Origin: an uncultured Ferruginibacter sp.
GTDB lineage: Bacteria; Bacteroidota; Bacteroidia; Chitinophagales; Chitinophagaceae
DNA length: 64,000 nt
Direction of reading: 5' to 3'
Assembly: GCA_964645235.1 (NCBI GenBank)
Contig: CAZYAT010000009.1
Location: 9,374-73,373, forward strand
Shown here: piece by piece, positions 36,356 through 46,534 of the stretch
How positions within the stretch are numbered: the first letter of the stretch is position 1
How the letters are laid out: the number at the start of each line of letters is the position of its first letter
The notes under the pieces: model-generated
What the model was told of the DNA's origin: nothing
Databases searched by the model: none
What the model saw: only the letters and a program-made list of their open reading frames with translations
Position numbers and translations under genes: made by a program

Positions 36356-36862
36356 ATGAGCGATTACAACCGTATACTCCTTGATGAACTTTTTTTTGAA
36401 GCCGACAACCTGATCAAGGAAAAGCGGTTTACAGAAGCCATACAAAAACTAGAAGCCATCCTTACCGACGCACCCGATTATGGCAAGGCATATAATCATT
36501 TAGGCTGGATCTACGAGACACAATACCGTGATTATATTAAATCGGAGGAGCTATACAGGAAATGCATAACTGTTTCACCCAGCTATACCCCCGTGTATGG
36601 AAACCTATCCATTACGCTTTCCACGCTCAACAAACTTGATGAACAGGAAACGTTGCTCAACCAGGCATTGATCGTACCGGGGATCGACAAGCCGATGATC
36701 TTTAACGAATTCGGCATCCTCTATGAAATGAAGGGCGATTTCGACAAAGCCGTTGAGCATTATAAGAAAGCCATCATCGCTTCCCTTAATGATGCCAATA
36801 TCGAGATCTATTCCAAATCGATCGATCGTTGTAAGAAGAAAAAAGAGATGCTGAAAATGTAA
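36356..36862 (+). CDS. Cytoplasmic TPR protein
   Basis: 168 aa; TPR repeats (YGKAYNHLGWIY, FNEFGILYE); no signal peptide. Confidence 0.85.
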   Translation: MSDYNRILLDELFFEADNLIKEKRFTEAIQKLEAILTDAPDYGKAYNHLGWIYETQYRDYIKSEELYRKCITVSPSYTPVYGNLSITLSTLNKLDEQETLLNQALIVPGIDKPMIFNEFGILYEMKGDFDKAVEHYKKAIIASLNDANIEIYSKSIDRCKKKKEMLKM

Positions 36863-36871
36863 CCCCCTCGC

Positions 36872-36901
36872 AAAAAAAAGACCGGAAGTTTCCTCCCGGC
36901 C
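36872..36901 (-). terminator. Intrinsic terminator
   Basis: Minus GGCCGGGA-ggaaac-TTCCGGTC followed by T8. Confidence 0.65.
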
Positions 36902-36938
36902 ACAAACTAAACATCAATCGCAAAAGTGGTTGGTATCT

Positions 36939-37955
36939 TTAAAGACCTATGGTCATTTTTTTCTGGCGAAGTTTTCCCAATGAAGGATCCAGTTCAATTG
37001 CCATATCGCACATTTGCTGGCCCCGTTGTGTCTGGCCTTTTTTCTGGAAACAAAGACCAGCCTGGTACAATGCTTTAGCATCATTCTTGTCGGCCTCGAG
37101 CAGTTTCTGACATATTTCCAATGACTTGTCGTATTTCTTTACGTCGTAATAGGCCTGGGCCATGTCACGGAGAATATCTTTTTCACCGGGACGGCGTTCA
37201 AAAACCTGCAACAAAAGCTTTTCACCTTTTTCGTACTCGCCGCTGTACATATAAGCAAATCCGAGGTTCTCGTTAAAGTCGTTGCTTTGCACAAACCCCT
37301 TTTCTGCAGCACTGGTGAAAGCGGTAACAGATTCTTTGAACCGGTTATTATTATAATACAGTACTCCAAGTTCAAAGAACCAACTGCTGCGTTCCCCATT
37401 CAGTTTTACTGCTTTCTCATACCAGGGTATCGCTTTGTCTTCGTACCCCATTTCCCAATAGTTACGTGCGAGCGTATAGGTCAGTTCTGCATCCGAAGGG
37501 TCCTTTTCCACCAGTTCCAAAAGTTTTTTCTCTGCTTTTGCATAATCCTCCATCTGAAAATAAGAGAGGGCGATAATGCGATCTGCATTGGGGCATGACT
37601 TACATTTTTCGGCCATGTCAATCGCCTTTTGATAATGACGGTAATTATAATTCAATTCCACCAGTTCCTTGATAGCAAGATCATTACCCGGGTCCAGTTC
37701 AAATGCTTTTGTAAAGTTCTGTTTGGCTTCATCAATACGGCGCATCTCCAGGTTGGCATACCCGTTTTCGAGATAGGCCATTGTATAGTTCGGGTTTTGC
37801 TGGATGGCGTCCTGGAAGTATTTACTGGCGAGTAGATAGCGTTTAGCCCCTTTTTCCTCGATCCCCTTTTGCAGATAATAGGATGAACTGTCCGTCTTTT
37901 GAGCACATAAGGCAGTAGTCAGCAGTAACAAAGGGATTGTCAGGACTTTTTTCAT
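36939..37955 (-). CDS. Exported multi-TPR protein
   Basis: Signal MKKVLTIPLLLLTTALCAQ; about 8 TPR-like repeats. Start moved from 37982. Confidence 0.85.
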   Translation of the reverse strand: MKKVLTIPLLLLTTALCAQKTDSSSYYLQKGIEEKGAKRYLLASKYFQDAIQQNPNYTMAYLENGYANLEMRRIDEAKQNFTKAFELDPGNDLAIKELVELNYNYRHYQKAIDMAEKCKSCPNADRIIALSYFQMEDYAKAEKKLLELVEKDPSDAELTYTLARNYWEMGYEDKAIPWYEKAVKLNGERSSWFFELGVLYYNNNRFKESVTAFTSAAEKGFVQSNDFNENLGFAYMYSGEYEKGEKLLLQVFERRPGEKDILRDMAQAYYDVKKYDKSLEICQKLLEADKNDAKALYQAGLCFQKKGQTQRGQQMCDMAIELDPSLGKLRQKKMTIGL

Positions 37956-37988
37956 AATAATGGTTACGGGCACAAATATCATTCCGGT

Positions 37989-39998
37989 TTACCGGAAGAT
38001 TACCCCACCTAACGCAGGGAGATGGAGGATTATTTCGTAGGTGCCTGTCTTTTTATCTACCAATTTTACCTTGGGAGATGGGTTATATGTATTTCCGGTT
38101 CCCCAGTATTTCTTGCTATCGCTGTTAAATACCTCCTGCCACTTTTTTTTGCCTTTAACCCTGAATTTCCAGTCGAGCCTGGGTACCGGCGTCATATTCA
38201 ATACGATCAGCACATCATCTTTCCGGTTTCTGGACTTACGCATATAAGCCACTACCGATTCCTGCCGATGTCCCAGGTCGATCCATTCAAAGCCCCTCGA
38301 GTCGAACTGGAGCTTATGGAGGGCCGGTTCATTACTGTAAAGCAGGTTCAGGTCTTTCACGCATTCCTGCATCAGTTTATGACAATCAAACTGCAGTAAG
38401 GGCCAGTCGAGTTCTGCCTTATAATTCCATTCGGAAGTTTGAGCAAATTCGTTGCCCATGAACAACAATTTAGCTCCCGGGTGGGTATACATATACGTAT
38501 ACAGAAGACGAAGGTTAGCGAATTTCTGCCATTCGTCGCCGGGCATTTTGTAGATCATCGGGCTTTTGCCGTGAACCACTTCGTCGTGACTGAAGGGGAG
38601 CATAAAATTCTCATCGTAGTAATACATGATACTGAATGAGAACTTATCCTGGTGGAATTGACGCATCAAGGGGTCCATCTTGAAATAATCAAGTGTATCA
38701 TGCATCCATCCCATCATCCACTTCATACCAAAACCCAGGCCGCCCTGGGTGGTTGGATGAGATACTTTGGGCCAGTCCGACGCTTCTTCGGCAATGGTTT
38801 GTATATCGGGAAAATCGCGGTAAACGGTCTCATTGAATTGTTTTACAAATTCAATCGCTTCCAGGTTGCCGTTGCCACCGAATTCGTTAGGTTCCCATTC
38901 GCCGTGTTTTCTGGAATAATCGAGCCGAAGGATCGAATTCACCGCATCTACCCTCAGCCCATCCACATGGTACTCGTCGAGCCAGAAACGGGCGCTGCTT
39001 ATAAGAAAGGACCTTACTTCAGAACGCCTGTAATTGAATATGTAACTGTTCCAATCGGGATGGTAACCTTTACGCATATCGGCGTATTCGTAGGTATGTG
39101 TTCCATCGAACATGAAGATGCCATGAGCGTCGTAAGGGAAATGAGATGGTACCCAGTCGAGGATCACGCCGATCCCCTCTTTATGAAAGGCATTTATAAG
39201 GGCTTTGAATTCATCCGGGCTGCCAAAGCGGGAGGTGGCAGCAAAATAGCCGGTGCCCTGGTAACCCCAACTCCCGTCGAATGGAAACTCCATTACTGGC
39301 ATCAGTTCCACATGAGTAAACCCCATATTCTTTACATAAGGCACCAGGTGTTCGATGAGCTGGGTATAACTGTTGAAACTTTCTTCATCGGTTGGTACGG
39401 GCCGCTGCCAGCTACCCAAATGGACTTCATACACACTCCAGGGCGCATTGAGAGCATTGTTCTTTTTACGCTTCTTCATCCAGTCGGCATCCGTCCATTT
39501 GAAATCAGAATGCCAGCTGATAGAAGAAGTAGCAGGCCTTAATTCAGCATATCGGGCATAAGGATCCGCTTTTACCAGCTCAACACCCTTATAACCCTTT
39601 ATATGAAACTTATACGTTGCTCCTTTTTTAACCTTTGGAATGAAGCCTTCCCAAATACCCGACTTGTCGAGCCTGACATATAGCGGATGAAGCTGTTTTT
39701 TCCATCCGTTGAAATCACCAACTACCGATACCCTGGTAGCGTTCGGCGCCCATACGGCGAAGTAATAGCCTTCGGTATCCAGGACAGTAACCTGGTGCGC
39801 CCCGAATTTCCTGTAGCCATTATATAAAGTGCCATCTTTGAAATTGCTGATGTCTTCATCGGTAAATAATGAATAATTCCATACCGGCTTCTGCGAATCA
39901 ATGAAGTATTCTTCTTCGTAACTTTTCTTTACGGGAGTGACAGGTTTTTCCCTTTCCCTGCTGCTTTTTTTAGCCGGTTGTCTTACAGATGACGCCAT
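37989..39998 (-). CDS. glgB: 1,4-alpha-glucan branching enzyme
   Basis: FAVWAPNA, YEVHLGSW, DGLRVDAV, AEE, HDEVVHGK. Confidence 0.97.
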   Translation of the reverse strand: MASSVRQPAKKSSREREKPVTPVKKSYEEEYFIDSQKPVWNYSLFTDEDISNFKDGTLYNGYRKFGAHQVTVLDTEGYYFAVWAPNATRVSVVGDFNGWKKQLHPLYVRLDKSGIWEGFIPKVKKGATYKFHIKGYKGVELVKADPYARYAELRPATSSISWHSDFKWTDADWMKKRKKNNALNAPWSVYEVHLGSWQRPVPTDEESFNSYTQLIEHLVPYVKNMGFTHVELMPVMEFPFDGSWGYQGTGYFAATSRFGSPDEFKALINAFHKEGIGVILDWVPSHFPYDAHGIFMFDGTHTYEYADMRKGYHPDWNSYIFNYRRSEVRSFLISSARFWLDEYHVDGLRVDAVNSILRLDYSRKHGEWEPNEFGGNGNLEAIEFVKQFNETVYRDFPDIQTIAEEASDWPKVSHPTTQGGLGFGMKWMMGWMHDTLDYFKMDPLMRQFHQDKFSFSIMYYYDENFMLPFSHDEVVHGKSPMIYKMPGDEWQKFANLRLLYTYMYTHPGAKLLFMGNEFAQTSEWNYKAELDWPLLQFDCHKLMQECVKDLNLLYSNEPALHKLQFDSRGFEWIDLGHRQESVVAYMRKSRNRKDDVLIVLNMTPVPRLDWKFRVKGKKKWQEVFNSDSKKYWGTGNTYNPSPKVKLVDKKTGTYEIILHLPALGGVIFR

Positions 39999-40141
39999 TG
40001 GTGGAATTAATAGAATGAATCAGTTACGAATGCTGAAATTCGCTTTAACGTAAATTTAAGAATTGCGATTTAGTTATTCTGAATAATTATATCCATCTTT
40101 AACTAAGAATTTAGTTTTAGATTTTAAAGCCATTAAAGTAT

Positions 40142-42931
40142 ATGCCTAAACTATCTGCCCTGTTGATAGCTGTAGTCTTCCTTACGCTTTCCAGTACAGC
40201 TCAAACCAATTCCATTTCCGGTTCTGTTGCCGATACCAGCCAGAAGAAACCCATTGCCAATGCGGTCATATTACTTCTGACACCCGGCGACTCGCTTCTC
40301 TATAAGTTCACCCGTACCGACAGCAAGGGTAATTATGCATTTAAGAATGTGAAACAGGGTAATTATATCCTGATGACGACCCATCCTTATTTTGCCGACT
40401 TCGTTGATAATATATCAGTTAACGAAAGCACAGCGAGCATTCCTTCGATCGCTGTCACCTCCAAAAGCAAACTGTTGCAGGAAGTGATCGTCAAAAGCGG
40501 TAACCCGATACGGGTGAAGGGCGACACAACGATCTACACCGCCGACAGTTTCAAGGTGAGCGCCAATGCGAATGTGGAAGAACTATTGAAAAAGCTTCCC
40601 GGTATCCAGGTAGATAAGAATGGTAAGATAACGGCTATGGGCGAACAGGTCACCAAGGTACTGGTGGATGGAGAGGAGTTCTTTGGCGATGATCCGGGTA
40701 TGGCGGTGAAAAACCTGCGTGCTGATGCGGTGAAGGAGGTCCAGGTATTCGATAAGAAGAGTGAACAGGCAGAATTCACCGGGATCGACGATGGGAAAAC
40801 GCAAAAAACGATCAACCTGAAACTTAAAGAAGATAAAAAGAAAGGTTATTTTGGAAAGTTCGATATTGCCGGGGGGCTGCTTAAAAAGCCGCTCGACGAC
40901 CGGTACAACAGCAACCTGATGTTCAGTTCATTTAAAGGCAAGAGAAAGATATCCGGCTTTTTACTAACCGGCAATACCGGCCAGGACGGACTAAGCTGGG
41001 AAGACACGGAAAAATACGGTGGAGAGAATGAAAATATCAGCATGTCGATGGACGATGACGGAGGAGTCATGGTGATGTGGACGGGAGGAAATTCTTCGGA
41101 TGATGAACCTTATGTAAACACCCAGAACGGCTTTATACGGAATATCAATGCCGGGTTGCAATACAGCAACAAATGGGATGATAAGAAAACCCTCAATTTT
41201 TCACCCAAGTACAACAGCCAGGTCTATAACAACCGGCTGCAGCAATACAGCCAAACGCTGTACCAGAACGACTCAATGTTCATCGACAATTCCACCACCA
41301 ACACCTATGTGAACCGGAGCAATTTTAAAACAAGCGCCAGCTACGAGATCAAGATCGATACCAATAATACACTCAAACTGACTGCCAAGGCCAATTTCTA
41401 CCATACAGAAAGCGAGGAGGAAAGATCATCCTTTACAACCGGTGGTACCGGCAATCTGAAAAACTCCGTAGACAGAACTGTAAAGACCAATACCGATAAA
41501 CAATCCATTTACGGAAGCCTCTTATTCAAACACCGGTTCAAAAAAGCCAGGAGAACCATATCGCTGAATACCGACTGGAATATGCTGAGCACCGACGGCA
41601 CCAATTACCTGAATTCGTTAAACCAGGTATATACGAATGGTATTGTCTCTTCTTCACAGCTTATTGATCAGCAACGGAACACCGATAAATCGACACAAAA
41701 ATTGGCTACAAAACTGGTGTATACCGAACCCCTGAGCGCCAAGTATTCCCTGGAAGTGGGTTACGAATTCACCTATAATTACGGGAAGAACGACCAGGTA
41801 ACCTATGCTTATTCGCCGATCACAAAGACCTACGACATTGAAGTGGATTCTGTGACCAACGATTTCACACAAAAAATACTGCTGCACAAACCAAACATAC
41901 GGATCAACTACAGCAGCAAAAAAGTAAAGTTCAACTTTGGGTCTGGTTTCGGGTTCACCCATTTCGACCTGGTGGACAACAGCCTGAACAAAGATTATAT
42001 CCGCAACTATACCAACTACTTCCCATCTGCTTCATTGAACTATACATACAAGAACCAGCATAACCTCCGCTTCAACTACAACGGCAGCACCAATCAGCCT
42101 TCGCTGAACCAGTTACAGCCTTTGCGTAATAATACCGATTACTTTAACCAATACATCGGTAACCCCAACCTCAAGCCTTCGTTCACAAACTCATTCAACA
42201 TTTCGCATAATTCGTACAACTTCCTGAAAGACCTCTTTATGTACCAGTCATTCAATGTACGGATCGTGAGCAATGCCATTACCAATAACAGGATCATCGA
42301 CCTCGATTCGGGCAAGACGACCACACAGCCCATCAACACGAACGGCAACTTCAACATGAACCTTTGGACTGGCATGGGTTTCAAGATAAAAAAGATAAAC
42401 ACCAGGCTAAACTTCGGGCCAAACTTCTCATACAACCGTATCGCCGATGTTCTGAACAGCGTGGCGAACTATACCAAGAACTACAATGTTGGCTTTAACC
42501 TGTGGGCCAATAAATCGAAGGATAAGAAATATGAATTCGGAATGGGTGAGAATTTTACATACAATCATAGTAAAATATCACTCAGCAATTCATCCACCAA
42601 CTATATCGTGAATACCCTGTCGCTCTATGCAACGGTTTACCTGACCAAAAGCCTCTCGGTGAATTCTGATTATGAGTTTTACAGCCAGCAAAAGACCACC
42701 CAGCTGCCAGGCATGAGCAGGCATTTCTGGAATGCACGTATCCAAAAGACGTTCAAGAATGATGAGTTCACGGCCTATTTCCTGGTAAAGGATATCCTCA
42801 ACCAAAACGTAGGGTTAAACCGTTATTTCGACAGCAACCGGTTCACCGAACAAAGGAATGACCGCTTACAACGCTATTGGATGATCGGTTTTGCCTGGAA
42901 CTTTAAAAACAAGGGTGCAAAAGCAAAATAA
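40142..42931 (+). CDS. Outer-membrane beta-barrel protein (TonB-receptor-like, OMP_b-brl_3 type)
   Basis: 929 aa; signal; carboxypeptidase-regulatory-like N-domain; plug VEELLKKLPG..VLVDGEEFF; C-terminal strand YWMIGFAWNF. Confidence 0.88.
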   Translation: MPKLSALLIAVVFLTLSSTAQTNSISGSVADTSQKKPIANAVILLLTPGDSLLYKFTRTDSKGNYAFKNVKQGNYILMTTHPYFADFVDNISVNESTASIPSIAVTSKSKLLQEVIVKSGNPIRVKGDTTIYTADSFKVSANANVEELLKKLPGIQVDKNGKITAMGEQVTKVLVDGEEFFGDDPGMAVKNLRADAVKEVQVFDKKSEQAEFTGIDDGKTQKTINLKLKEDKKKGYFGKFDIAGGLLKKPLDDRYNSNLMFSSFKGKRKISGFLLTGNTGQDGLSWEDTEKYGGENENISMSMDDDGGVMVMWTGGNSSDDEPYVNTQNGFIRNINAGLQYSNKWDDKKTLNFSPKYNSQVYNNRLQQYSQTLYQNDSMFIDNSTTNTYVNRSNFKTSASYEIKIDTNNTLKLTAKANFYHTESEEERSSFTTGGTGNLKNSVDRTVKTNTDKQSIYGSLLFKHRFKKARRTISLNTDWNMLSTDGTNYLNSLNQVYTNGIVSSSQLIDQQRNTDKSTQKLATKLVYTEPLSAKYSLEVGYEFTYNYGKNDQVTYAYSPITKTYDIEVDSVTNDFTQKILLHKPNIRINYSSKKVKFNFGSGFGFTHFDLVDNSLNKDYIRNYTNYFPSASLNYTYKNQHNLRFNYNGSTNQPSLNQLQPLRNNTDYFNQYIGNPNLKPSFTNSFNISHNSYNFLKDLFMYQSFNVRIVSNAITNNRIIDLDSGKTTTQPINTNGNFNMNLWTGMGFKIKKINTRLNFGPNFSYNRIADVLNSVANYTKNYNVGFNLWANKSKDKKYEFGMGENFTYNHSKISLSNSSTNYIVNTLSLYATVYLTKSLSVNSDYEFYSQQKTTQLPGMSRHFWNARIQKTFKNDEFTAYFLVKDILNQNVGLNRYFDSNRFTEQRNDRLQRYWMIGFAWNFKNKGAKAK

Positions 42932-42938
42932 ACTGACC

Positions 42939-43709
42939 ATGAAAAAACTTGCAATGAAATATACTTTGATGTCCTGCCTCATCCTCACCGGTGCTGCTCG
43001 TGTGAACGCACAACAGTTCATAGACAAAGCATCGATCGAATATGAAGTGAAGACAAATGTTAAGAAGACCCTGGGCAATAATATGTGGGATGAAATGCTG
43101 AAAGAAGCGATGCCGCAATTCAAAACGGGGTATTACCTGTATACATTTGCCGATAATAAGAGCGTTTATAAGTTCAGCCACTGGTCGGCCACCGGCAAGG
43201 TGCCTGAATGGATGAGAAGGAACGACGAAGAGAACATCTGGTACTTCGATCATACCAACAATAAATTCAATATGCAGAAAACGATCTTCGGAAGCAGTTT
43301 TATCACCGAAGATTCCATCCCGGTTCTGCACTGGAAGATCGGCAATGAAAACAGGGTCATTGCGGGCTTTAATTGCCGGAAGGCCGAGGCAAAGATCAAC
43401 GACAGTGTTTATGTATTTGCTTTTTATACCGACGAGATCACTATTCCCGGAGGCCCCTGCTCCATCAATGGATTGCCGGGTATGATACTTGGGCTCACCA
43501 TTCCACGGTTATACACCTCATGGATCGCCACCAAAGTAATGGTGAACGGGGTGGCCGTGAGCGATATCAAACCGGTTTCATCCAAAAAACCTTACAGCAT
43601 GGCAAGCCTGTACGCCACCATCAAAGACCGTACAAAGGATTGGGTGAGATCAGATGACCCGGACTCAAAGAAGTGGATGGAACAGTTGCTTTGGAATACC
43701 CTGCTTTAA
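42939..43709 (+). CDS. GLPGLI-family protein
   Basis: WKIGNENRVIAGFNCRKA, AFYTDEI, GGPCSINGLPGMIL; start MKKLAMK 7 nt after the barrel stop. Confidence 0.9.
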   Translation: MKKLAMKYTLMSCLILTGAARVNAQQFIDKASIEYEVKTNVKKTLGNNMWDEMLKEAMPQFKTGYYLYTFADNKSVYKFSHWSATGKVPEWMRRNDEENIWYFDHTNNKFNMQKTIFGSSFITEDSIPVLHWKIGNENRVIAGFNCRKAEAKINDSVYVFAFYTDEITIPGGPCSINGLPGMILGLTIPRLYTSWIATKVMVNGVAVSDIKPVSSKKPYSMASLYATIKDRTKDWVRSDDPDSKKWMEQLLWNTLL

Positions 43710-43715
43710 GAATGA

Positions 43716-44993
43716 CTAAATAGTGAATCCGTCGGGAAGTATCGCCCCTTTCTTAACAACCACTATCCCATCTTTTACGGTAAACAGCGCATGGTCGCTG
43801 TCGGGCAAATGAGATCCCCCGGTGATGCTTACATCATTCCCGATCCGGCAATCCTTATCAACGATCGCATTGGTTATCCGGCATCTTTCGCCGATGCCAA
43901 GTTTGGGAATGCCTTTTTCAAGGGAATAGGCCATTTCGGGAAGCGTTTCATAATAATCGCTACCCATGATATAGGTACTTTCGATCTGAGTCTCTTTGCC
44001 GATCCTTGTCCGGATGCCAATCACGCTGTTCGATATCTTCGAAGCATGTATGATGCAGCCTTCTGCCAGGATACTGCTCTCGATCAGTGTCCCTGTCACC
44101 TTCATGGGCGGCAGCATGCGTGCACGGCTGAAGATGGCCTTTGTATTGTCGAACAGATTGAAGGGAGGTATCTCCATGGTAAGCGCCAGGTTGGCTTCGT
44201 AGAATGAATAGATATTCCCGATATCGGTCCAGTAACCATCATATTGATAGCTCTGTACCTTGTATTTACCAATGGATGACGGAATGATCTCTTTCCCGAA
44301 ATCGGTCGCCTCTTTCTTTTCTGTTAACAGCATATCGAACAGCAACTTGCGGTTGAAGATATAGATGCCCATACTGGCAAGGTAATTCCGCCCGAGTATC
44401 TGCATGTCGGTACCCGTATCGCTTACCCAGTCGGGTAAAAGTTCTTTTGCAGGTTTTTCGATGAAAGAGGTGATGGAATTATCTGCATTGGCCTTAAGGA
44501 TACCGAATTCAGGAGCTTCTCTTTCTGCAACGGGGATCGTAGCGATTGTAATGTCGGCTCCCTTATTGATATGATTTTCCAGCATTTCACCGAAGTCCAT
44601 TTGATACAACTGATCGCCGCTTAATATGAGCAGGTATTCAAAATCGTTGTTGCCGATATGTTTGAGTGACTGACGAACTGCATCCGCTGTTCCTTGGAAC
44701 CACCCCAGGCTATCGGGCGTTTGTTCAGCCGCCAGTATATCCACGAAGCCACTGCTGAATGCGCTGAACTGGTAGGTGTTCTTAATATGCTTATTCAGCG
44801 AGGCTGAATTATATTGTGTCAATACAAACATGCGGTTGATGTTTGAGTTGATACAATTTGAAATGGGGATATCAACCAGGCGGTATTTACCAGCAATAGG
44901 AACAGCCGGTTTGCTTCTTGTTGAGGTAAGGGGGTATAAACGGCTTCCTGCGCCGCCGCCAAGGATAACGGCTACTACTGATTTACTGATCAT
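43716..44993 (-). CDS. glgC: Glucose-1-phosphate adenylyltransferase
   Basis: GGGAGSRLYPLT, RSKPAVPIAGKYRL, FIEKP, DFGKEII. Confidence 0.97.
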   Translation of the reverse strand: MISKSVVAVILGGGAGSRLYPLTSTRSKPAVPIAGKYRLVDIPISNCINSNINRMFVLTQYNSASLNKHIKNTYQFSAFSSGFVDILAAEQTPDSLGWFQGTADAVRQSLKHIGNNDFEYLLILSGDQLYQMDFGEMLENHINKGADITIATIPVAEREAPEFGILKANADNSITSFIEKPAKELLPDWVSDTGTDMQILGRNYLASMGIYIFNRKLLFDMLLTEKKEATDFGKEIIPSSIGKYKVQSYQYDGYWTDIGNIYSFYEANLALTMEIPPFNLFDNTKAIFSRARMLPPMKVTGTLIESSILAEGCIIHASKISNSVIGIRTRIGKETQIESTYIMGSDYYETLPEMAYSLEKGIPKLGIGERCRITNAIVDKDCRIGNDVSITGGSHLPDSDHALFTVKDGIVVVKKGAILPDGFTI

Positions 44994-45001
44994 ATATGGA
45001 C

Positions 45002-46423
45002 TTAGATTTGACGTATAGAGTTATATAGGTTAATGTATTTCTCAGAACTTGTTTCCCAACTGTTGTCGATCTTCATGATTTGCTCAATGATCTCCCCCAT
45101 CTTCTCCTTGTCGTCGTAAAGTTCTACAGCACGGTGGATGGAATATGTAATGTCCCAGACAGTTGCGTAATTAAAACAGATACCATATCCATTGGGTTCC
45201 CCAAAATCGATCACGGTGTCTTTTAATCCGCCTGTTCGCCTTACAATGGGTATCGTACCGTACCGCAGCGCATACATTTGGTTCAGTCCACATGGCTCTA
45301 CCCGGCTGGGCATAAGCAGGAAGTCGGCCCCCGCATACATCTGGTGAGAAAGTTTCTCGTTATACCCGATCTGCGAATTATAATATCCCACATAACCGTT
45401 GTTCATAGCACTCAGCTGCGATTCCACCGAGGGATCACCACTTCCTAAAATTAAAAAATTCATTTTACTTCCAATATGGCCAAATGAATCATTTATTGCC
45501 TGCGGCAACAGGTCAGCGGCTTTTTCCCCCACCATCCGGCCTATGTATACGAAAAGCGGTTTGTCAACATCAAGCCGGAAGTCTTTGCAAAGCTTTTTCT
45601 TGTTGAGCAGCTTTCCGGCTTTGGCATCCCCGATCGAAAAATTGTCGAGTATATAGGTATCCGTTTCCGGGTTCCAGACATGGGTATCGATCCCGTTCAG
45701 TATGCCGGTACACTTGAATCTTTCCATACGGAACAATTGCTCCAGCCCGTTCGCATTCTCGGTAAGTTCCTCCATATAACTGGGGCTGACGGTAGTCACC
45801 CGATCAGCACATTTGACACCGCTGGCCAATGGGTTGATGGTATTGCTCCAGTCGAGCAGGCCCCATTGCCAGGTATCCCACGATGGGATATAAGAGCTTT
45901 TATCCCACCCCATCCATCCCTGGTATTGACCATTATGAATGGTAAGTACGGCAGGTACGGAAGAAAGATGACGATAGGCAAAACAGTGCTTCATCATGAA
46001 AGGGATCAGGGCGGTATGATGGTCGTGAACATGAACCACGTCAGGCCGGTGTTGCCATTGGGAGATCCAGTCAACTACGGCTACCTGGAATGCGGTGAAC
46101 CGCTCGGTATCGTCGTCATAAGTGTATACTTTTTCCCGGTCGAGCAAGCCATAGATATCTACACAGTAAAGATCAAAACCCAGCTTATTTGTTTTTTCCT
46201 TGATGATGGTATAGTCAAAATACATCTGGCCCATGTTGAAGGCTCCTTTATGTTCTACCGTCCATTCATTATCGTACAGGAATTTGGTACGGTGCATAGG
46301 TACCACCACTTTGGCTATATGACCGGATTGTTGCTGGTATTTTGGTAAGGTCCCAACCACGTCGGCGAGGCCGCCCACCTTGGCATAAGGGTAACATTCC
46401 GCACTCACGTGAATAATTTCCAT
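45002..46423 (-). CDS. glgA: Glycogen synthase
   Basis: KVGGLADV, GILNGID, MPSRVEPCGLNQMYA. Confidence 0.96.
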   Translation of the reverse strand: MEIIHVSAECYPYAKVGGLADVVGTLPKYQQQSGHIAKVVVPMHRTKFLYDNEWTVEHKGAFNMGQMYFDYTIIKEKTNKLGFDLYCVDIYGLLDREKVYTYDDDTERFTAFQVAVVDWISQWQHRPDVVHVHDHHTALIPFMMKHCFAYRHLSSVPAVLTIHNGQYQGWMGWDKSSYIPSWDTWQWGLLDWSNTINPLASGVKCADRVTTVSPSYMEELTENANGLEQLFRMERFKCTGILNGIDTHVWNPETDTYILDNFSIGDAKAGKLLNKKKLCKDFRLDVDKPLFVYIGRMVGEKAADLLPQAINDSFGHIGSKMNFLILGSGDPSVESQLSAMNNGYVGYYNSQIGYNEKLSHQMYAGADFLLMPSRVEPCGLNQMYALRYGTIPIVRRTGGLKDTVIDFGEPNGYGICFNYATVWDITYSIHRAVELYDDKEKMGEIIEQIMKIDNSWETSSEKYINLYNSIRQI

Positions 46424-46534
46424 GCTGCTGATTTATATCCGTCAATTTAGGAATGATTTTGCTGCAAACCAATTAAATTAAATTTTTCGTGCTGCTCAAA
46501 TTAATTTACTTTCAGCCATAAAATTTTTAACGAC

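Noticed and set aside
38652-39542. 296-aa plus-strand ORF
   Set aside because: Antisense shadow of glgB; the many similar nested ORFs in the track were rejected for the same reason.
46467-46491. AACCAA-N15-CGTG upstream of the MFS transporter
   Set aside because: Spacer and -10 both deviate from the three exact sites and it sits in an AT-rich tract; likely chance.
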